Assembly (NCBI GenBank): GCA_027006055.1
Contig: JALTKX010000061.1
Coordinates: 2,607-66,606, forward strand
Origin: Calditrichia bacterium
GTDB lineage: Bacteria > Calditrichota > Calditrichia > Calditrichales > J004
DNA: 64,000 nucleotides
Direction: 5' to 3'
The notes under the pieces were generated by a model, which worked only from the letters and a program-made list of their open reading frames with translations, was not told where the DNA came from and made no database searches. The position numbers and the translations under genes were made by a program. Shown here piece by piece: positions 47,080-53,139 of the stretch (position 1 is its first letter; the number at the start of each line of letters is the position of its first letter).

Positions 47080-49374
47080 ATGATGTCCCCAATAAAATGG
47101 ATTTTAGGTAGTCTCCTCTTTGCTTCCCTCTTAACGGCACAAACGGTGAGTTGGTCGAAAAATGTCATTTCCACAACCCTGACCGGTGCAAAAAAGAACG
47201 CGGTTGTTAACCTGGATGCCGACGCCTCTGGCTATATGGATATTGTTGTGACCGCCAACCCCGAGGGTAGCGGAGCAGAAGACCCCGCCGCCGTAAATGT
47301 TATGTGGTTTAAAAACGATGGTACACAAACCTTTACAGCCTATAATATCGATTTTTACAATGTGGGCGCCCGGGGCCTTGCGGTTGGGGACGTAACCGGA
47401 AACGGCTATCCCGATGTTGTTGTGGGAAATGGGGCCACAGACAGTAGCCTGGTTTGGTATAAAAATGATGGCACGCCGACAGCAGGAGCTTGGCCCAAAG
47501 TCCATCTTGGCTCTCCCGCTCCATATAACTATATTACTTTACTATATGATATTGATGGTGACGGAGACCTGGATATCGTCGATGGAATGGGAGATGATGC
47601 TGATTTTGGCACTGTTGGCGGCGGAACGATTACAGATAGCTTACGCTGGTTTGAAAATCTGGGTGGAGTTGATACGGCGGTTTTTAGTCCAAGGCTTATA
47701 GCGCAGTACTCATCGCCCTCCGGCATTACCATTGGAGACTATAATGCCGATGGTCGAGTTGATATCTCCGCGGGGGCTTTTGTAGATAACTCCACTTTTA
47801 TTCCGCTAACGGAAGAAGATGTTCGCTGGTGGAGCCAGGGAACTGGAGGCACATGGACACAGGAGCAGGTCATACAACAATCCTATGGAACCAATGGCTT
47901 GGCCACAAAGGATCTGGATCAAAATGGCACCTTGGATATTATAGGTGCGGGGTACAAATTAGGAACAATTGATTGGTGGTCTAATAATGGTACCGGTGTA
48001 TTTTCTTCCATTAATACAATTAAAACCTCGTTTTTAAATACGAGGAATGTTGAGGTAATGGATATTGACGCCGATGGCGATTGGGACATTATAGCGGCAG
48101 CCGATAACAATAACACCATATCCTGGTTTGAAAACGACGGCTCGCAGAATTTTACCGAAAGAGTGGTGACCAACACCTTTAGCTATGCATATTTTGTAAC
48201 CGCCTCCGATTTGGATGGCGATGGGGATGTGGATCTGATCGGTACGGCCCAGAATGCCAACGAGCTTTCCTGGTGGGCCAATAATCTGGCTGAAAAGCAA
48301 TGGATACCCGCTTCCAGCACGGCGACCTACGCCTATAATGGCGGAAAGGTCGACATTACCTTCTCCTCCAAGGATGTCAGTGATTCCACATCGGTGCTTT
48401 ATAATAAAGGGGCCGTATCGGATCGCGCTTCCGTGGATGCCGCCATTGACCATGTGGCCGCCAATGGCTTTTACACCATCGTAACCGCGGCTGGCACCTA
48501 TAATGCCACCATTGATTTTACTTATGCCGGCGTCAGCGAGTGGAGCGCCATCAATAACGAGGCCGATTTACGTATCTGTGTGTGGAACGAGGCCACTTCT
48601 CAATGGGAGATTGCCGGTACCGGCTCCCAAACCATAGACGCCCTGAATGATGTGATCACCGTTAACGGTCTCACCACGGAAATGGCCCGTTTTTCCTTGT
48701 TTACTCTGGGCTCGGTTTCCACGGATAATGCCCTGCCCGTGGAACTGGCCGCCTTTACTCTGACCTCCGCCGCCTCCGGCGTTGAGCTGTTTTGGAGTAC
48801 CGAAAGCGAACGCGACAATCTGGGTTTTGAAGTATGGCGCAAGTCGGCGGTGGAACAGGATTTTGTAAAAATAAGCGACTATAACGACAACGGCGATTTG
48901 GCCGGGCTGGGTACCAGCAGCTACGGGCAGGAATATTATTTGATGGATACGGATGTGCAAACGGGACGCCGCTACAGCTACCAGTTGCGCAGCCGGGATT
49001 ATGACGGCAGCCTTAATGTTTATCCGGCAAAAGATATTGTTTACACCGGTAATACATCTGTTGTAACCGTATCTGGTTTGATTCCGCAAACGACCGAACT
49101 GTCCCAAAACTTTCCCAATCCCTTTAACGGCATAACCCGCATCGATTTTGCCGTTCCCCTTTCCGCCGCGGGTGAGCCTGTTTCGCTGGCCATTTATGAT
49201 CTTCGCGGACGGCTAATCCGCCGCCTGATCGATACCCCTTTGGTGGAAGGGCGCTATTTTGCCGTATGGGACGGACGCAACCAACAGGGCGCGGAAGTGG
49301 CCAGCGGCATGTATGTATATCTGTTGCAGACGGGACGGGAGAGGCTGTCACGCCGCTTAACCCTTTTAAAATAA
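47080..49374 (+). CDS. FG-GAP/VCBS-repeat beta-propeller protein with a T9SS C-terminal sorting domain
   Basis: 764 aa. Signal peptide 'ILGSLLFASLLTAQ'. Repeated 'D.DGDGD.DI' Ca-binding-type loops (DIDGDGDLDIV, DIDADGDWDII, DLDGDGDVDLI). C-terminus 'NFPNPFNGITRIDFAV...IYDLRGRLI...SGMYVYLLQTG..RRLTLLK'. Confidence 0.8.
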   Translation: MMSPIKWILGSLLFASLLTAQTVSWSKNVISTTLTGAKKNAVVNLDADASGYMDIVVTANPEGSGAEDPAAVNVMWFKNDGTQTFTAYNIDFYNVGARGLAVGDVTGNGYPDVVVGNGATDSSLVWYKNDGTPTAGAWPKVHLGSPAPYNYITLLYDIDGDGDLDIVDGMGDDADFGTVGGGTITDSLRWFENLGGVDTAVFSPRLIAQYSSPSGITIGDYNADGRVDISAGAFVDNSTFIPLTEEDVRWWSQGTGGTWTQEQVIQQSYGTNGLATKDLDQNGTLDIIGAGYKLGTIDWWSNNGTGVFSSINTIKTSFLNTRNVEVMDIDADGDWDIIAAADNNNTISWFENDGSQNFTERVVTNTFSYAYFVTASDLDGDGDVDLIGTAQNANELSWWANNLAEKQWIPASSTATYAYNGGKVDITFSSKDVSDSTSVLYNKGAVSDRASVDAAIDHVAANGFYTIVTAAGTYNATIDFTYAGVSEWSAINNEADLRICVWNEATSQWEIAGTGSQTIDALNDVITVNGLTTEMARFSLFTLGSVSTDNALPVELAAFTLTSAASGVELFWSTESERDNLGFEVWRKSAVEQDFVKISDYNDNGDLAGLGTSSYGQEYYLMDTDVQTGRRYSYQLRSRDYDGSLNVYPAKDIVYTGNTSVVTVSGLIPQTTELSQNFPNPFNGITRIDFAVPLSAAGEPVSLAIYDLRGRLIRRLIDTPLVEGRYFAVWDGRNQQGAEVASGMYVYLLQTGRERLSRRLTLLK

Positions 49375-49400
49375 ACATTTTATGACAATATCCATTTCAG

Positions 49401-49434
49401 ACCACTTCCTTTTTTAAGGAAGTGGTTTTTTTTT
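49401..49434 (+). terminator. Rho-independent terminator
   Basis: Perfect 9-bp stem accacttcc/ggaagtggt with an 8-nt loop, followed by a T-run through 49434. It begins 27 nt after the stop at 49374. Confidence 0.8.
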
Positions 49435-49469
49435 CGATAATGCAAGGGATATGAATATAAAAGGATTTT

Positions 49470-50663
49470 ATGGAACAATTTGATGTAGTGATCCTTGGGG
49501 CGGGGCCGGCCGGCAGTGTTCTGGCCCGTTTACTGGCCGAAAAGGCCTTTAAGGTATTGTTGGTGGAAAAAGATGCCTTTGCCGGTAAAACAACGGCCTG
49601 TGGCGGTCTTTTCGATAAGCCCTATTTTGACCGCTATGTGGATGATCCCACAGTGATGGAACAGCATATACGCAGGAATGTGTTTAAAATGCCCTGGGGC
49701 GAGGTGGTATACGATTGTGACCAGGTTACCGTAAAACGGCGTGTTTTTGATCGCTATCTGGCGGAAAAGGCGCGCAATGCCGGCGCGGTTTATCGCACCC
49801 GCACAAAAGCCCTGGACTGGAAACGCATCCGCTCCGGGCAGGTGGAAATCCATTTACACGACCTTGATAAAAAGGAAAAGTATCTTGTCGGGGCCAGAGT
49901 GGTGGCCTTTGCCGACGGGCCGCATACCCTGGCCAAAAAAAATCCGCGCTTTGAGCACGCCCAAAATCGAAAAAACTGGGCCTATGCCTATGCCTACGAG
50001 GTCGACGGCCTGGTTACCGCCCCGGATGAGATGGTCATCTATCTGGACAAGGCGTTATTTCCCTGGGGCTATGGCTGGATTTTCCCCGACAGTGATGTGT
50101 CCAATATCGGAGTGGGCACCATCCAGTCCGAGATGGATAAGGGAATTAAGGTTAAGGAAAAACTGTTTGAGTTTATAAATGAATATCCGGCAACATCCGC
50201 CCTGCTGAAAGGGAGAACGATCAGTGACAAAAAAGGCGGGTTTATCCCCATGTGGCTGATTGATTTTTATTCGGATGACTCCCAACTGGTGTTGGGAGAC
50301 GCCGCCGGCATGGTGAGTCCGCTTTTTGGCGCGGGAATTGATTATGCCATCGACGCCGCGGAAGCGGCCGCCGCCACCCTGGGGGAGGCCCTGACCGCCG
50401 GACGCTACGACGCGGCCACGTTAAAGGCCTACGACGAAAGGCTTAACAAGGGCTTTTTGATTGACCTGCGTAAGCAAATGATGGTGGCGCGCATTATCAT
50501 TAAAAGTTTGAAATTCGGCGCGCAGTGGCCCGTGAAAATTTTGGCCGCGATTGCCTTTGGCGGCAAATATACCCGCTGGAATAAAATAAAAATCATGCTT
50601 TATCCTCTTCTGGGACAGCCGCGAACACTTAAGGAAAACGGCGAAATACTATCACATAAATAG
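49470..50663 (+). CDS. Geranylgeranyl-reductase-family FAD-dependent oxidoreductase, paralog 2
   Basis: 397 aa. 'VVILGAGPAGSVLA', 'TTACGGLF' and 'GDAAGMVSPLFGAGIDYA'. Confidence 0.8.
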   Translation: MEQFDVVILGAGPAGSVLARLLAEKAFKVLLVEKDAFAGKTTACGGLFDKPYFDRYVDDPTVMEQHIRRNVFKMPWGEVVYDCDQVTVKRRVFDRYLAEKARNAGAVYRTRTKALDWKRIRSGQVEIHLHDLDKKEKYLVGARVVAFADGPHTLAKKNPRFEHAQNRKNWAYAYAYEVDGLVTAPDEMVIYLDKALFPWGYGWIFPDSDVSNIGVGTIQSEMDKGIKVKEKLFEFINEYPATSALLKGRTISDKKGGFIPMWLIDFYSDDSQLVLGDAAGMVSPLFGAGIDYAIDAAEAAAATLGEALTAGRYDAATLKAYDERLNKGFLIDLRKQMMVARIIIKSLKFGAQWPVKILAAIAFGGKYTRWNKIKIMLYPLLGQPRTLKENGEILSHK

Positions 50664-50674
50664 CCGGGGAACGA

Positions 50675-51769
50675 ATGAATCCGAAAACAACAAAAAAAAT
50701 ACAGCTTTTATCCCGCATACCCAATTTTCACCGCTACTATCATGCCGCGGTGGGCGGGGCGCCTTATCCGGTTAATGTAACCATAAGCCTGCTATACTCC
50801 TGTAACTCCCGCTGCAGCACATGCAATGTGTATGAAAAACGGGTTGAAAACCTTACGGTGGAGGAGTATAAAAAGATATTCGCCAATTTAGGCCGGGCGC
50901 CCTATTGGTTTACCTTTAGCGGCGGAGAGCCTTTTTTACGCCGGGACATTGTGGAGGTGGTGAAGGCCGCTTATGACTATTGCCGGCCCGGAATTATCAA
51001 CATCCCCACAAACGGCAGCCTGTATAAGGTGATCCCCGGCCGTGTCCGGGAGATGATAGACTACTGCAAGGATTCCGACATCATTATCAATCTCTCCCTG
51101 GATGAAATTGGCGAGGCCCATGACAAGATACGCGGTTTCCCCGGCAACTGGGAACGGGCCATGCACACCTATAAGGCTTTGTATGACTTACGCGAGGCCC
51201 CCAATTTTACCCTGGGCATCCATACGGTGATTTCCAATTTTAACGTGGATCGCTTTCAGCAAATCTACAAAGAACTGATACGCCTTGAGCCGGACTCCTA
51301 CATCACGGAAATTGCCGAGGAGCGCGTGGAACTGGGCACGATGGAAGAACCGATTACGCCCAGCCTGGAAAAATATGCCGGGGCCATAGACTTCCTTGTC
51401 GGTGAAATGAAAAAGAGCAGCCCGCAGGGTGTGGCCCGCATAGCCCAGGCCTTCCGACTGGAGTACTACGCCATGGTCAAAAAATATCTGAGCCGCGGGG
51501 AGCAGATCATTCCCTGTTTTGCCGGGATTACTTCCTGCCAGATTGCCCCGGACGGCGATGTATGGCCCTGCTGTATCCGCGCCGATTCCATGGGTAATTT
51601 GCGGGAGCATGACTATGACTTTAAAAAAATATGGAACAGCAGAAGCGCCGCGAAAATTCGTAAAAGTATTAAAAAACGGGAATGTGCCTGCCCGCTGGCC
51701 AATGCCAGTTACACCAACCTGCTGGTTTCGCCCAAATCCATGACAAAAGTGGTCGGGCGTTTGTTATAA
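50675..51769 (+). CDS. Radical SAM enzyme with a C-terminal SPASM/twitch-type Cys cluster
   Basis: 364 aa. 'CNSRCSTCNV' (CxxxCxxC). C-terminal Cys-rich 'CFAGITSCQIAPDGDVWPCC...ECACPLA'. Confidence 0.85.
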   Translation: MNPKTTKKIQLLSRIPNFHRYYHAAVGGAPYPVNVTISLLYSCNSRCSTCNVYEKRVENLTVEEYKKIFANLGRAPYWFTFSGGEPFLRRDIVEVVKAAYDYCRPGIINIPTNGSLYKVIPGRVREMIDYCKDSDIIINLSLDEIGEAHDKIRGFPGNWERAMHTYKALYDLREAPNFTLGIHTVISNFNVDRFQQIYKELIRLEPDSYITEIAEERVELGTMEEPITPSLEKYAGAIDFLVGEMKKSSPQGVARIAQAFRLEYYAMVKKYLSRGEQIIPCFAGITSCQIAPDGDVWPCCIRADSMGNLREHDYDFKKIWNSRSAAKIRKSIKKRECACPLANASYTNLLVSPKSMTKVVGRLL

Positions 51770-51902
51770 ATTACAGACCGTTTCTGTTTGTACAATTATT
51801 TTACAACAGAAATAATGCACAGGGGGGGATGCTCCCCGGGAATAAGGATATTTCCGCTTGGCACCATTGTTGCTTTTTAAGGCGGAAAAATATGGAAGTG
51901 TT

Positions 51903-53135
51903 ATGATCGTTCGCAGTTTAATAGTCGTTTTGGTTTTGCTCGCATCGTTGGGGGCGCAATCTCCCTCCTCAACCGCCGGTTCCGCCGGGGCTCTTTTTTT
52001 ACGTTCCGGGCTCAGTACGCGGGTGGCGGGTCTGGGCGAAGCCTTTACCGCTGTTTCCGATGACGAAAACGCCCTTTTCTACAATCCCGCCGGACTGGCA
52101 AACATCAAGCGCGGCGCCCTGGCCCTGAACCATACCCAATGGTTTGAGGATATCAAAATGGATAATCTGGTTTTTGGCTATAATTTTGACCGCAAGTTTG
52201 GGGTTGCCGTGAGCGTTTCGCACATGTGGATGCCCTCCCTGATGGGCAAGGACGCCTATGGCAACGCCACCCAGGCCTTTAATGTCTCCTCGAGCATCAT
52301 ACATCTGGGTCTGGGATACCGCGTACATCCCAGCCTGTTTTTGGGGCTTGGCGTAAAATATTTCCAGGATAACCTGGCCGACGTCACCGCATCGGGCATT
52401 GGCATTGACGCGGGGCTCTATATGTACACCTTTATTCCCGGGCTGACCCTGGGGCTGGCGGTGCAAAATTTTGGCAGTGATGTTAAATATGACAGCCAGC
52501 TTGAAAAAATTCCCCTGCAATTCCGCCTGGGACTGGCCTATAAAATCCGCGGCATCCCCTGGCGCATCGCGGTGGACGCCTATAAATCCATTGATACCGA
52601 TGTTTCATTCAATGCCGGCATGGAATATACTTTTTTAAGAACTTTTTCCCTGCGCGTGGGCAATCAGTTTAGAAACGGCCAGGCCTTTCAGCCCGGATAC
52701 GGCGCGGGGTTTAACATCTCCAACCGTTATCTGGTGGACTATACCTATTACAATCTGTCGGACCTGGGTAATACGCACCGGGTGGGCTTTACCTTTCGCT
52801 TTGGGTTGCCCGGCGTTAAAATCCGTAAAAGCAAGCCGCGCTATTCCAACTATCATATCACACGCAGCCGTCCGCCCGTGCATCTGCGCTATCAGCTTAA
52901 AGAGGGACGTTTAATAATAAACTGGGGAGAGGTGCGCGGCGCTCAATATAATGTTTACGCCAAACTGGCCGCGGACGCTCCGTGGAAAAAGATAAACTCA
53001 GCCCTGATCCGGGGAACGCAACATAGCTTTAAGAAACCCGTGCGGGTTAAAGGCCCCATCTTTATCAGTGTTACCGCTGTGGTCAACAGTGTGGAAAGCC
53101 CATTCTCGGAGGAATTAAAAGTTGAGTTACCATAA
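51903..53135 (+). CDS. PorV/PorQ-family outer-membrane beta-barrel (T9SS-associated) with an extra C-terminal FN3-like domain
   Basis: The ATG at 51903 gives signal peptide 'MIVRSLIVVLVLLASLGAQ'. 'AGLGEAFTAVSDDENALFYNPAGLA' is the hallmark N-terminal motif of this barrel family. The last ~90 aa ('LRYQLKEGRLIINWGEVRGAQYNVYAK...') look FN3-like. Confidence 0.65.
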   Translation: MIVRSLIVVLVLLASLGAQSPSSTAGSAGALFLRSGLSTRVAGLGEAFTAVSDDENALFYNPAGLANIKRGALALNHTQWFEDIKMDNLVFGYNFDRKFGVAVSVSHMWMPSLMGKDAYGNATQAFNVSSSIIHLGLGYRVHPSLFLGLGVKYFQDNLADVTASGIGIDAGLYMYTFIPGLTLGLAVQNFGSDVKYDSQLEKIPLQFRLGLAYKIRGIPWRIAVDAYKSIDTDVSFNAGMEYTFLRTFSLRVGNQFRNGQAFQPGYGAGFNISNRYLVDYTYYNLSDLGNTHRVGFTFRFGLPGVKIRKSKPRYSNYHITRSRPPVHLRYQLKEGRLIINWGEVRGAQYNVYAKLAADAPWKKINSALIRGTQHSFKKPVRVKGPIFISVTAVVNSVESPFSEELKVELP

Positions 53136-53139
53136 AATC

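Noticed and set aside
32662-51769. Interpreting the isoprenoid genes as a complete archaeal-type ether-lipid pathway, or as a menaquinone/ubiquinone pathway.
   Set aside because: No G1P dehydrogenase or GGGP synthase (PcrB-like) is present, and no quinone ring-biosynthesis genes (Men, Mqn or Ubi enzymes other than the generic UbiA fold and a generic methyltransferase). The glycan-locus context fits neither cleanly, so I kept only a generic 'dedicated prenyl lipid' hypothesis.
51782-51812. An imperfect inverted repeat (ttctgtttgta...ttacaacagaa) downstream of the radical SAM gene.
   Set aside because: It has one bulge, an AT-rich stem and no U-tract. It could be an operator or a weak terminator, but nothing in the sequence distinguishes these.
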